The notes under the pieces were generated by a model that was not told where the DNA came from, did no database searches, and was given only the letters and a program-made list of their open reading frames with translations. A DNA stretch of 63,968 nucleotides, counting the filler, from Octopus bimaculoides (Eukaryota): NCBI RefSeq assembly GCF_001194135.2. It is 8 parts of 8 records of this genome, joined end to end, with 100 filler letters (N's around TTAATTAATTAA, not from the genome) between each part and the next. Parts side by side here need not be neighbours in the genome. Positions count along the whole stretch, not along the records: positions 1 to 10,470 come from NC_068999.1; positions 10,571 to 13,028 come from NC_069003.1; positions 13,129 to 28,713 come from NC_068994.1; 5 more parts are not named here. The stretch is one strand, 5' to 3'. Both the position numbers and the translations under genes were made by a program. Position 1 is the stretch's first letter. Each line of letters begins with the position of its first letter. Below are positions 1-13,339 of the stretch, piece by piece.

Positions 1-767
1 ATATACATATACATATATAATATAGTTACTTAAGTTGAAGCGTTAAGTCAGTCTGGTATTATTCACCTTATATATATATAAGCAGTCACTCGTGATCGTA
101 TATGGTTTGCGAGCATTACCATAGAAGCATGTACCTTGCTCTCGCTAAGTGTTTTAAGTTCCCATGTTTCCGAATTTAATCTGAGTCTTAAAGCCACCTA
201 TATCCCGGAAGCAGTGGAAGAAGAAACGAAGTGATGCTGAAATACTAATTTCACTGAAAAGCATTTGGTCAATCCAGAATTATGACAGAAGTTGAACCGC
301 AAAACGGAACTGAAACCTCATATACATACTAGTGAACCGGACCTCCTAAACAGACATCAAATGACTTACATATTAAACCCATAGAAATTAGCGACTTTTG
401 AACACAACTTGATTCACAGCAGTTTTCAAAATGACACACATAAAATATTGTAAACTTATTATTCACTGTTAATAAATGACTTAACAATTTCGCGAAATTT
501 GTGGTCATCATCTCAGCACTTTTTGTTAAACTCGACCTCGACACAATTTCATACGCCAAAGGTTTCTGCTGTGTGCATTATGAGTTTTACTAAACTTTGG
601 CTGACCTCTTTGGCTCAATGCCCAGCACCCTGGCCTTCTTAAATGAAGGCCCACTTAACTTTGTCATGGTTTAATCTCTGCACTGGGAGGCACCTGACAC
701 ACTTGGCAATTATGCAATTAAGTGTGCGTATATATATATATATGTGTGTGTGTATGTAAATATGTAT

Positions 768-815
<48 letters not shown>

Positions 816-1669
816 NNNNNNNNNNNNNNNNNNNNNNNNNNNNNNNNNNNNNNNNNNNNNNNNNNNNNNNNNNNNNNNNNNNNNNNNNNNNNNNNNNNNN
901 NNNNNNNNNNNNNNNNNNNNNNNNNNNNNNNNNNNNNNNNNNNNNNNNNNNNNNNNNNNNNNNNNNNNNNNNNNNNNNNNNNNNNNNNNNNNNNNNNNNN
1001 NNNNNNNNNNNNNNNNNNNNNNNNNNNNNNNNNNNNNNNNNNNNNNNNNNNNNNNNNNNNNNNNNNNNNNNNNNNNNNNNNNNNNNNNNNNNNNNNNNNN
1101 NNNNNNNNNNNNNNNNNNNNNNNNNNNNNNNNNNNNNNNNNNNNNNNNNNNNNNNNNNNNNNNNNNNNNNNNNNNNNNNNNNNNNNNNNNNNNNNNNNNN
1201 NNNNNNNNNNNNNNNNNNNNNNNNNNNNNNNNNNNNNNNNNNNNNNNNNNNNNNNNNNNNNNNNNNNNNNNNNNNNNNNNNNNNNNNNNNNNNNNNNNNN
1301 NNNNNNNNNNNNNNNNNNNNNNNNNNNNNNNNNNNNNNNNNNNNNNNNNNNNNNNNNNNNNNNNNNNNNNNNNNNNNNNNNNNNNNNNNNNNATATATAT
1401 ATATTTGCATATATGGGCTACAGGACATCACCAACTGTAAACGAGTGTGGCACCATTAATCGACGTTTTTCCGATTAGCGATATGAATTCAACATGGCAT
1501 GTATTTATGTCTGCATCAGAAGGGAAGAAGAAGATTCCGTGTATAACCCTTTTTCCAGCCTTCCACGACCTCTAAGACAGATGAGAGGGACAAAGGTTGG
1601 CCTTCGAACAGAGACCTCACCTCAATGCTTGTAAAAGACTGGGTATATTAAGAAGCAACGTATTCGCGA

Positions 1670-1846
1670 CGTATTTTCGGCAGACAAATCGACACAACAA
1701 ATAATGCAAACGTGTAGTGTAAACACCCAAACATTGTCATTATAGAGTTTCTAATCCTCCAAACGTGGATTAGCACATAAGTCGATCTACCGTTTGGGGC
1801 TGTAAATTTTGGTCAGAAAAATTCGACTTGTATACCGGAAAATACG
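1670..1846. mobile_element. Small non-autonomous DNA transposon (Tc2/pogo-like MITE), degenerate
   Basis: Left end CGTATTTTCGGCAGACAAATCG (1670) and right end CGACTTGTATACCGGAAAATACG (ends 1846) are imperfect inverted repeats. They resemble the CCGTATTTTCCGGCGTATAAG-type TIRs of Tc2/pogo MITEs. Confidence 0.55.
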
Positions 1847-3138
1847 ATATTGTAGTGTTAAACCCAAGACGGCAATACAAACTTACCACACTTGAATAAT
1901 ACAGTCCCTTCTAATGAGATTCTAACACAGTCCCAGCCATACAAGTTTTACCGGTAAGAATTAAATCGAAGTGAGGTTACCACTAGTAGACACTTTCCTA
2001 TGACGCTGCGCTGTGGGGTGGAAATCGAAACAAACTTAAGCAATAAAGCCGAAACTTATTACTTAACATAAAATTTTTGAAAAACAACAACATAAAATTA
2101 AAAATATCAAAATAATTAATATCTGGTTTCATATCCTGTACAACTAATTTATCAAGCGTTGAATAGAATTTTCTTATAAGGTGGCAGATTTCAAGAACAT
2201 AATATGTACATATATANNNNNNNNNNNNNNNNNNNNNNNNNNNNNNNNNNNNNNNNNNNNNNNNNNNNNNNNNNNNNNNNNNNNNNNNNNNNNNNNNNNN
2301 NNNNNNNNNNNNNNNNNNNNNNNNNNNNNNNNNNNNNNNNNNNNNNNNNNNNNNNNNNNNNNNNNNNNNNNNNNNNNNNTATATATATATATATATATAT
2401 ATATTTACTTAGTGTATATATGATATATGTAAAAGTATGTGTATGTATATATATATAGCCAATTATATTTGACAAGTGATTGTCTTTTTCTCCTTTTCGG
2501 TGGTTTTTGTTAAATTTTCTGACGTTTTGTTATCGGTATTGGCTTAATGTCAAACATAAAGCTTATTTTGTTTTCTTATTCATTCTCGTTATTACTGTTC
2601 TTGATGCATTCTTTTCATTGCCAAACGTTATTTTCACTTACAACACTTTGTGAGTTTGTTTGTTCTCATCTATGCGTTTGTTGTTGTTCACATTATAGTG
2701 TTTGTTGTTTCACATTCACACGATGTTGCCTTCGTCGCTGTTGGTATTTGCCACACATGCTAGCGAGCGCGATGCTGTAGTTATTATTCTAAGAATTTTA
2801 TGCTGGAAACAAAACTTCACTTATTCAGAAAATATTCAACAAATAAAATTAAATTTGGAAATTCGATTTTTCGATGCAATATAAAACACGTAAGTAGACA
2901 TACATACACTTATATATATATATATATAGATAGATAGATAGATAGATATAGATATACATATAGAAATAGATAGATAGATATTTATACACACCCATATATT
3001 CAAACAGATGCACAGAGACCAATACATATAAGAGAGAGGGGGAGGAAGAGACAAATACTTGAGATGGACCTAAGAGTATGTGAATGTATATATATCTTTC
3101 TTACATACATAATATAACACAATATATGCGTGTGTCCC

Positions 3139-3169
<31 letters not shown>

Positions 3170-3509
3170 CATATATATAGAAAAAGAGAGGGAGAGCGAG
3201 ATAGACAGACATATACACGTATATGTTCATACATATATGTGCATTTATACGGCTGCTTGCGTATTTATCTGATTAGAAGTATATATGTATATATACGTGT
3301 ATGTGTATAAATGTATGTATCTACGTCGAGGCTGTAAGCTAAGATCTTCCACTGGCAGCTCATACATCTTCAACTAAATTCTACTTTTAGTTTTTCGTTT
3401 TTCTTCTATTCCATCAGCTCTGTGAAATTAGTTAAGAGACATCAGTCCTTCTGGAAATTTTAACGGAATATTCGCTTAACATTATGAAACACATATTAAA
3501 TTTATCTCT

Positions 3510-3558
<49 letters not shown>

Positions 3559-4211
3559 TATTATTATTATTATTATAAAACATACAAAATATGCATAAAT
3601 ATTTTGTATATTTTTGAGACTTATTTAATTTCTTCCTCACAGAATTCAAATCAGTCACTTTATGTACGTACGTATGTAGGTGTATGTGTTAATGTGACTG
3701 TACGTAGAATCACACTCACACACACACACAGGAATCGAATAAGTGGTATATTACAATATTTTGGTGTTTAGATATCCTCGGTTTGTCTTAAATTTTTCGT
3801 CTAAATTTATTAGAATAAGGTGGTGTATGTATACGTTGGTTATCTTGAATACGAAATGAATATATTTCGTTCCGATAACACAGATATTTCTGATCTGTAG
3901 GAGAGAACAACCACAAATGTAACCAGCCTGCAGCAGTAACTCGCTGATATTTAATCACTGGATGGAACTGGTGATATAATCATGTCACCTACGAAGTACC
4001 AATGTTGTCACTAGACCTGCAAGACATAGCAGTCAAATATCTCTCAAACAGAAACAATTTATGGTCTCTGAGCAAAAAAAGCAAAGAGCAAATATGATAA
4101 CTAAATAGAGCTAGAATGTCACAGTTGGAATGAACCGCTGGTTCAGTGCGGATCTTTCTGCACAGAGAAAACGAAATAGAAATAGAGGAAAACAATCACA
4201 CAGCACCCCAG

Positions 4212-4246
<35 letters not shown>

Positions 4247-6586
4247 TACTGAAGCATTGATAAGGAAGAAAGGAAATTTAGGCTAGTTAAAATATGTGGC
4301 ATATTTTAACTTCTGAAGGCAAATTCACTACAGTTAACATGGAAAAAATCCCTCTTATGGAAGAAGGCCTCAAAACACTATATCTACCCAGTGCTTCCAT
4401 CAAACGGACCCCCACACATATTTCTGGCTCTTTAACAACCCTTATCTTCCGACCATGTCCGCGAGGGCAATTCAGTCACTGATATTCAATGTTCGAAGAT
4501 AAAGAAAAATACGGCTTTAGAATCTACTCAGGTTTATCTCTCTCCGCTATTTCTTACTATTAATGTTAAGATGTTTCTGGCCGTATTATATTTTACATTC
4601 AATATAAGATGTAAGCATAGATGCAAACAACCTTATAATTAGCAATAGATTCACTATAAACATGAAAGACAAATTATCGCACGTACAAACGTATGCATAC
4701 ACACACACATCAAAATTAATGTCATGCTCAGGCGTGATACCGAATACATGGACTCTAGACAAATTGTGCAGCTTTGAATCAATAATTTATTACTGTTAGA
4801 TGCCGGGCCAGTAGGAAAACATAATCATTACAAAGGAATGACTGAAGGAAAATTTAAACAATTACATAATTATATACCCGCCTTTAAATATATAGGTAAT
4901 AAAAAAATCTTGAAGAACTGAAGTATGGAAAATTGGACCTATAGAGTGTGGTATGTTCTTTAAAACTTTTATTTAAACACCAGTTCAGAAACGTTTAGCA
5001 AATGCAGACAGTTTGAAAAGCATCCGTTACGGAACTGAGAAACCCAACGTTCCCTTCCAGCCTCGTATAAACACAAAGTGCAAAGTTTGAGGAGAAACAA
5101 TTTTTTCTGTATTTCCTCCCTATCATACGCGTAATTTCTTTTCCAAACCGATATTGTCTTTACTCTGTATGCCCCTTCCTTAACGGAGGTTAATCCCCCA
5201 TAATCACAAATAACATTTTTGCTCATTAATTCAGCATTTGAAGAAAATTATTAGATTCTCTCAGTTCTCTCTTGAACTAACTACCATTCCCACATGCACA
5301 CATATAAATGTGTGTAATATAATGTCCCGAAGATCCATCAGATTTTCGAGCAAAATAAAAAAAAGAGTTTAAATGCTGCATTGCTTTTGGACTACATTTT
5401 ATGTAGAATTACTTTAATTATTCCTTGTATTTTTCTCTTCATTACGCTTGTGTGTGTGTGACCGTACGGGTATATGTCTTTCTCTGTATATATGTGTGTA
5501 TATTTGTGTATAAGCTTCTCTGTGTATGAGAATATTTTCTTATATTTCTTTCTTTTTATTTGACATTGATAAATCTGCTGTCAGATATTCCAGCCCTTGA
5601 TACTCTCACGTCTTAACTTCTCATCTCTTTCCTCTTGCACTCTGCTACTCATCTCTCTCTCCCTCTCTCCGCTCCCCCTACCATCTCTCTCTTTATCCTT
5701 TCTCTTATTTGTTTCAACAATTGTTTCATCTTAAATCAATTTTCTGGAGTTTTTTTTTCCCTTATTTTTTTGTCCATCTCAGAATCCTAGAATTTAATAT
5801 CTTCATATATCGATCATGATCAAGGTGGTGACGGGGATGCTGGTGCTGGTGGTAACGATGTTGTTGGTGGTGATCATCATCATCATGATACTGGTATTTC
5901 AGTTGATGACGATGAATGTGATGGAGATGATGACGATCATCATCATCATCATCATCATCCTGCTGGTGACAGTGATGATAGTGGTGATGATTTTGAGATG
6001 AGGACATTTTCTTACATTGGCAAAAAGCCATTAACATTGAAGTTATTTGGTTACGTCCCTTTATGTAAATCTCACCATCATCACCTTCAACACGCCCTTC
6101 GCACACGTTTTAAATTTCTGATTCTCCTTGATCGATAATATTATACATATACCAATATCTTGGGATTTATGCTATACTACCAAAGTTATTTGGTTGCATA
6201 TCGATAGCCATTATACACGCTTTTGTTCTGGGCTAGAATACCACCGTAATATTCCTACTTTGCAAAGCTTCTGGAGCCAACAAACCAAAACCACCACACG
6301 CCGAGATTTAATGTAATAGATTATTCTCGCGCTCTAATTTGTAGCAATGTGCCGTAGTCAAGAATCTCCATCCTCAACGTTATTCTTCAAATCTATTTTC
6401 TTTGCACTTTCACTATTACCGAGCACAGATCAGCTTGTCTTTGGTCTTTTAAGTTTTCTTATTCTCTCTTATTTCCACAGTAAACTCCGATATATGTGTG
6501 TAGTTACGCAGTCGCACAATTTCACAAATGGTGTTAAGTCAAGGGTTTAATGATGTATTGAGGGCTATGTTTCTAATGATTTCTTA

Positions 6587-6900
6587 GGAAAGCTGGCAGA
6601 ATCGTTAGCACGCCGGTCAGAATGCTTAGCAGCATTTCGTCCGTCCTTACGTTCTGAGTTCAAATTCCGACGAGGTCCACTTTGCATTTCATCCAATTGG
6701 AAACGATAAAAGAATTACCAGTTGAGCACTGGGGTCGATGTGATCTGAGTTCAAATTCTGCTCAGGTCGACTTTACCTTTCATTCTTTCAAGATCGATAA
6801 ATTAAGTAACAATTGGACACTAGGGTCGATGTAATGGACTACCCCCCCCCACACACACACACACACATCCGTCGGAATTACTGGCCTTGCGCCGAAATTA
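6587..6900 (+). mobile_element. tRNA-derived SINE (family B) with internal ~91-bp duplication
   Basis: Head GCTGGCAGAATCGTTAGC. The B-box-like GAGTTCAAATTC plus central segment occurs twice (6654 and 6745). Homologous to copies at 16933-17163 and 34638-34815. Confidence 0.85.
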
Positions 6901-7563
6901 TTATTATTATTATTTCGATATTTTCTGTATTGCTTGGTGTATTGTTTTCAAAAATGTAAATTGGAAGTTCCCATGACAAATAACAAAGTACAAAATTATT
7001 GCCATTAATAATATTGAAAAATGGTGTTGGTTTGTTTGTCTCCCCGTAATTTCGCAATTCGTTAAAAGACACCAAGGGAATAGGTACCTGGGTTTAAAAA
7101 ATAATACAGAGGTCGATTTGTTAAACGAAACCCAAGCCTCTGAATGCCCGCAAGTACAAATATAAAAATGTTCATATCTTCTGACTAAATTCCATTCCAA
7201 TATCAGCTGAATAAGTTATTATTAGACCCAGCTGTAAATATTTCTAGCGTAGATCTTTAGATCATCCACAAAGAAAATATAAGTTATATTGATATCACTA
7301 GCTGTTGTACATCGTAGCACATAACCACTGCATTGCTGTAAAAATAAATTATGGTGGATTCAATGTTACAATATGTAGAAGGACAGACAAATCTTGTCCT
7401 GGAATAATTCTTTGAAAATATTTATAACATCGGAGACAAACGTTGCTTGTTTCCGATGCAATATATAATATGAACATATGCATTTATGTTTGTAGGTAGA
7501 TATATGTGAATGAATGGATGCACAGAAGTATGAATGAATGAGTATATGTAATTATGTGTGTGT

Positions 7564-7597
<34 letters not shown>

Positions 7598-7856
7598 AAA
7601 TATACGGCTTTTGCCATTTGAATTCTCCTTATTAGGAAGGACTGGATTCTAAAAAAGGAAATGAAGCTCCATTGTTGGAATGTGGATAATAAATGCGCAA
7701 AATGTTGACCTTTAGAAAACTTGTTGCCTATTTTTACTGTTCGATTTAACTGATGGCGTTCGTGAATTGTGCGTTAGTTGGCCACCATCTTAGTCTGTAA
7801 ATCTCAGAATTCTGAGGTTGCCAGTTAATATCTACTAAGGTAGCCTGGTATACCAA

Positions 7857-7896
<40 letters not shown>

Positions 7897-8099
7897 AGAT
7901 AGATAGATAGATAGAGGGGGAGAGATATGTATAAATCGTAGTGTGTGTATATATTCGTATTTTCGTTGCGAATTTTGTGGGCTCCGAAGCAGTTGTCTGT
8001 AAATATCCCGTTCGCAACTGATTTTCTGAGAAATATTCACGGTAGCCTGGCATCTGACCTCAATCATTTTACATAATTTCTTTTTCTAGTCCCAAACGA

Positions 8100-8640
8100 C
8101 CATAACAAATCGGTTATATTTAAACTTGGAGGAATCTTTCAGGGGAATATTTTAACAATATCCCTTATGTAGATGTTCAATAACAAAGATATTCTCTGCA
8201 GTTATCTCAGGCGAGTCTTTCGTACTGATATCATTGTATATTGTTTTAGCAACAACATATCATTCTGCATTGGAAGGTAGCATTATAACATTTTGACACT
8301 GGTTTGTAATAGTTCACCAATGTAATATCTTGCCCAGAAATATAACACAATTGCCATTTTCGGTCAGGTTTTATAGGTTTCCTTGTCTCGTTTTGTTAAA
8401 CCGTAACTTTGTAGCAATTTTTATGTCTTCGTTTACAAAAGAATGTGACGTGATGTAACAGTGACGAGTCCAAAACAAGCTATATTTTGTGTCAATGTTA
8501 TAAATATCTTCCGCTGTATGGGAAACATATTCAGGCATATAACATTTCGTGAAGATTTCGCTACCAGGTTTTGACGATCTACGCTAGGCAATGCATGGAA
8601 GGTCAACTTGTGAGATGCATTTTTGAGGGAACGCACTACT
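8100..8640 (-). pseudogene. Heavily decayed DNA-transposase-like C-terminal remnant (superfamily uncertain)
   Basis: Manual minus-strand translation gives EYVSHTAEDIYNIDTK...TRHCYITSHSFV and, after a frameshift, ARYYIGELLQ...RKDSPEITAENIF. This recalls transposase C-termini (GTRxxHxF motif plus a Tudor-like tail). Multiple stops; pattern recognition only. Confidence 0.3.
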
Positions 8641-8840
8641 CACGCGTAGAAAGTTGTTCTCTTTAATCTGGAGCACATGGTTGATGTATATGCTTATTTT
8701 TCTACTGCCATCTTGCATATGCAGTCATTTTGTTTATGGATGGATGGAATCATGTACGTATGCCTGCGGTAGCTTGTATTTAAGCATGAATGTTTGAAGA
8801 TATATATATATAGAGAGAGAGAGAGAGGGAGAGAGAAAGA

Positions 8841-9112
8841 TGAGCGCAGACACGTGGTTTAGGGTTCAGTCCCACTTTGTGAAGCCTTGGAGAATTACCT
8901 TCTACAATAGCTCTGGGACAATCAATGCCTTATGAGTGAATTTGGTGGACAGAAACTGTGTGGGGGCCCGTCATTTTCGTACCTTTGTATGTGTGTGTCC
9001 GTCCCACAACCGCTTCATAACCAGTGTCGTTTTGTGTACATCCCCATGAATTAGACGTTCGGCAAACAAAACTGATGGATTAAATACTAGACTAGTGAAA
9101 TAAGTACAGAGA
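8841..9112 (+). mobile_element. Old, diverged SINE (family A)
   Basis: GGTTCAGTCCCACT box followed by diverged versions of the family A body seen at 43305-43725. Confidence 0.7.
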
Positions 9113-9601
9113 TGGACGTGTTCACCTGAAATCCTTTCAAGGTTAGACACCATCATGGTTGCAATCCAAAGATTAAAGCAAAAAATAGAAATAAAAGAAA
9201 AGACAAAAACATTGCCAAATGGATAGATACAAAGATAAAACTAAGCAAGCTAGGCAAGATTTATGCAAGGAAAGCGATTACAAAGGGGAAAGAATGAAAT
9301 AAAGAAGAAAAGAAGAGTAGCAGGAAAGAAGGAAAAGAGAAAAATGAAAAGAAAAAAGGATAATAATAAATTAGGCAAAGAAATAGCACAAAAGCCCTGT
9401 TTCAGAGACGGTGTGAAGATAATGGAATAAATGAAAGGAATGGAGGTGAAAGAAGCTTATTGATGCAACAGGTTTTAAGTCGAAGGATTACGTGAATAGA
9501 AACGAGCAGATGTTTAATTAACGAAATTATATGGAGCATTTTATAAATCTTAATATTGTCAGAAAATCTTTTAGAGAGAGGGTACGCGGTTAATTTGACC
9601 T

Positions 9602-9645
<44 letters not shown>

Positions 9646-9879
9646 ACAGTTGTGTATGGAATTGAAAAGAATTTTGGCTGATGAACGTCTAAAGACTAAG
9701 GTCACTGTGTGTGTATGGAGAAACGCTATGTTTGTCCGTTGGTGGTGTGTGTATGTGAGGTGTTCTTAAGAGATACGGTGTTTGATGTTATAATGGGGGC
9801 CTTCAAAAAACATTTTCGCGCCGGTAGGCTGCGTCAGTTCCTGCCTGTTACACCCAGAGTGCAGTTGTGTAGTGTGTCA

Positions 9880-10170
9880 CTTAAAATGACCGAATGATAA
9901 AAGTAATGCAACAAAGTTGGTTTAGCCATATATGGAATTTGGAGAGGAGTTCCACACCACATACAATTAAGTGGAGAAGTACAAGCCATATTTTAATGGA
10001 TCTAAGAAATGCCACTTATTCGTAGCAGAAAGATCTCATATTCTTCTTCGAATCCAACAAGACACATCAACAGTTGTAGACACATAGGTCTCTCTTACTA
10101 AATTGGAGGGTACCAACCTCGCCGGACTGAGTTGCTGTCTCGCAGACTTAGACACATTTTCTGTTATTTG
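9880..10170 (+). mobile_element. Penelope-like element remnant: GIY-YIG endonuclease C-terminal half
   Basis: Frameshifted translation SNATKL..SHIWNLERSSTPHTIKW..KYKPYFNGSKKCHLFVAERSHIL..RRTELLS. This matches the PLE pattern STxLSxHIWxLK...YxxxxKxCxLCxxEKxxI...LNKRSEL. Confidence 0.7.
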
Positions 10171-10429
10171 GTTCAAAATCAGTTGTATTTAATGAGCTTT
10201 CTGCAATCAAGGTGGACGAGGACCTGTTCTTGATTTCGTTTCTTCTTTCCCGTACTATTTTTTCCACCTGCTTTCTTCACGTTTTTTCTACGTTTCTTCT
10301 TGTTTTCTTACTTTCCAGCGTCCTTGTATATAAAACACATAGACAGAGCCTGAAAGATTGCTTTAAGATAAATGGCGTATTTTGTAAATACTTCTGCTCA
10401 AGTATCACAATAACATGAAACTATTAGTA

Positions 10430-10470
<41 letters not shown>

Positions 10471-10570
10471 NNNNNNNNNNNNNNNNNNNNNNNNNNNNNN
10501 NNNNNNNNNNNNNNTTAATTAATTAANNNNNNNNNNNNNNNNNNNNNNNNNNNNNNNNNNNNNNNNNNNN

Positions 10571-10608
<38 letters not shown>

Positions 10609-10793
10609 TATAAATAATATTTATGTATGTGTATATATATATATATGCATGTATGGGTACAGGACATCACCAACAGTAAACAACATGAAATAACAAAACA
10701 AATGAGTTCAATATGTATCCAAGAGAAACAAATGGAAAACAGGACCCTTCATCAGTTATTGGCTGTCGATCTACATATATACATATATATAGA

Positions 10794-11928
10794 TACTAGC
10801 TGTTGTACCTTGTAATTCCCGGGGGTAGAGATGTTCTATTGAAATGCCTAATTACTCTGATATAAGAAAGCAATTTCATTATAACTGCGACAAGAGGTGT
10901 ATTTTGCATCACATAAAAGTACAAACAACTATCAGCTGGAGGAGGGAGAGATTGTTGGAGGTTCATGAGAGAGGTTGTTGAAGTTGGTGAGAGGCAAAGA
11001 CATTAATCTGCTTAGCGAAGGCATCTGGGAAATGTATAACTGCTTTCATTCACAGAAATACTATTGTTTTACCATGAGAAAAGCGCTGTTGAAGATTTAA
11101 GTGAAATTTGGCAATCGAAGACCAAATCCACGCTATGCCTGCATGAAGCCACAACAAATATGTTGTGGAAAAAACAAATTATCTACATTCATGGTAAAAG
11201 TATAACTGTAAAAATGCAGAATTATTGGAGTAATAGGCATTCAAAAAAGTATGTATGTATAGAAATGTATGAATGAAGTCTTTAAGGTTTAACATTCAAA
11301 TTAAGGAGGTGCAATAATAATGTTTAGCAGTTCAAAACTGTAAGTAGTGAAATGCAGAATTAGGTCAGCTTATTGTGAGAATCAAATATTGAGCGCTTCA
11401 CTAAAATCTGCAGATGGTATGAGTTATTTCCCTTGGGTTGTTCAAATAAAATATTAGTAATATGTGGTAGATAGAAGGATCCATTGGAAGGGCTGTATTA
11501 TCGATTTTTTTCAACGAACTAAGCATGTTACGAGGTTTCCAGACATGAGTTCTACTCACGTGTCAAATAAAGTATAAAGGTGATATTGTCTGCAAAAATT
11601 AGAAATAGGACACACAAAAAAATCAATATTCAAAGTAATCAAACATAAACGATGAAATGATTTATTTCCCTTGAGTGTGTAAAGAAATATTGAACAGGTG
11701 CTATGGGTTATTTCCCTTGGGTGTTTAAAATATAGTTATATGTGGTAGATATAGAGGTCTCTTCCAGGAGCCTTATTGTCGATTTCTTCAATAATCTAAG
11801 TATGTCACGAGGTTTCCAGACATAGGTTCTACTCACATGTCAAGTTTCATCAAAATCAATAAAACGATGTAGGAGTTAGCTAACAATGCCACAAACACAC
11901 CAATTTTCCACATATGTAGTAGTTATAT
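10794..11928 (+). mobile_element. Probable non-autonomous Helitron/Helentron-like element with internal ~150-bp duplication
   Basis: Starts TACTAGCTGTTGTACC (same start also near 7297). It has an AAGTTTCATCAAAATC block near the 3' end. 11418-11566 is repeated, diverged, at 11702-11843. Confidence 0.4.
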
Positions 11929-11986
11929 AAATATATATATACACACATGCACAAACACACACACACACATATATATATATATACAT

Positions 11987-12019
<33 letters not shown>

Positions 12020-12024
12020 CATAT

Positions 12025-12055
<31 letters not shown>

Positions 12056-12103
12056 CATATACACACACATATATATATATATATAAACACACATATATAT
12101 AGT

Positions 12104-12624
12104 ATCATCATCATCATTGTTTAATGTCCATTTTCCATGCTGGCATGGGTTGGATGGTTCAAATGGACTGAGGTATGGAAAGCCAGGAGGCTGCACCAGA
12201 CTAAAGTCTGATCTAGTAATGTCTCTACAGCTGGATGCCCTTCCTAACACCGACCACTGCGAGAGTGTAGCGGGTGCTTTTTATGTGCCACCGGCACAGG
12301 GACCAGAGTGGCTGGCATCAACCACAATCGGATGGCACTTTTTACGTGCTACCGACACAGAAGCCAGTCAGGGCGAGGGGGCTGGCATCAACCAAGTTCG
12401 AATGGTGCTTTTACGTGCCACCGGCATGGGGACCACAACTGAAATTTCAATTTGATTGTGATTTGATTTCATTTGATGTTGATGTACTTGACTCAATAAG
12501 TCCTACCAAGCACGGCATGTCACCCTACAATCCAAGGGTACTTCTGAGTTGACTGGTTATGCGACACTGATGTAGGTTACAGCTGTGATCTCACTTTATC
12601 TGCAGGGTCTTCTAGGACACAGCA
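12104..12624 (-). mobile_element. RTE-type LINE 3' end / 3' UTR with (GAT)n tail
   Basis: Homologous to 63400-63850 (AGGAAGGGCATCCAGCTGTAGA, CCAACCCATGCCAGCATGGA). Ends in (TGA)n on the minus strand. Three internal 60-70-bp modules start at 12274, 12335 and 12405. Confidence 0.8.
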
Positions 12625-12690
12625 TGTATACATATATATTTACATATATATATATGTAATGCAAACAAACAGGAAACAACTTCTATCTCA

Positions 12691-13028
12691 TTCCAGGGTG
12701 AAAAACTAGAGGTAGTCGATAGCTTCCGCTATCTGGGCGACCAAGTTAGTAGTGGGGGTGGGTGCGCTGAAAGTGTAGCTGCTAGAATAAGAATAGCCTG
12801 GGCAAAGTTTAGAGAGCTCTTACCCCTGCTGGCGACAAAGGGACTCTCACTCAGAGTAAAAGGCAGACTGTATGACGCATGCGTACGAACAACCATGCTA
12901 CATGGCAGTGAAACATGGGCTGTAACTGCTGAGGACATACGTAAGCTCGCAAGGAATGAAGCCAGTATGCTCCGTTGGATGTGTAATGTCAATGTGAATA
13001 CCCGTCAGAGTGTAAGTATCTTGAGAGA
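12691..13028 (+). mobile_element. RTE-clade LINE ORF fragment (post-RT region), frame intact, cut by assembly join
   Basis: Open frame FQGEKLEVVDSFRYLGDQVSSGGGCAESVAARIRIAWAKFRELLPLL...MLHGSETWAV...LRWMCNV. The FxYLG and GSETW motifs are typical of RTE. Confidence 0.9.
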
Positions 13029-13160
13029 NNNNNNNNNNNNNNNNNNNNNNNNNNNNNNNNNNNNNNNNNNNNTTAATTAATTAANNNNNNNNNNNNNNNN
13101 NNNNNNNNNNNNNNNNNNNNNNNNNNNNATATATATAATAAACATACACACACACACACA

Positions 13161-13310
13161 ATGGGCTTCTTGCAGTTTCTGTCTACCAAGTCCATTCACA
13201 AGGCTTTGGGTGACCCAGAGTTAGAGAAAACACTTACTCAAGGTACTGCACAGTGAGAGTGAACCCAAGACCAAATGGTTGGGAAGCAAGCTCCTTAACC
13301 ACACAGCTCC
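13161..13310 (-). mobile_element. SINE family A, 5' half
   Basis: Reverse complement of the tRNA-like head and body seen at 43305-43470. Confidence 0.8.
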
Positions 13311-13339
13311 CCCACACACACACACACAAAAATGTGGTA

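Noticed and set aside
4969-5226. 85-aa minus-strand ORF, possibly a transposase remnant
   Set aside because: No diagnostic motif could be matched with confidence.
9678-9710. CTGATGA motifs here and at 10748-10755 and 28852-28858 (minus strand)
   Set aside because: Half-cores only: GAAA, the cleavage triplet or stem I is missing. They may be older hammerhead fossils but are not supportable.
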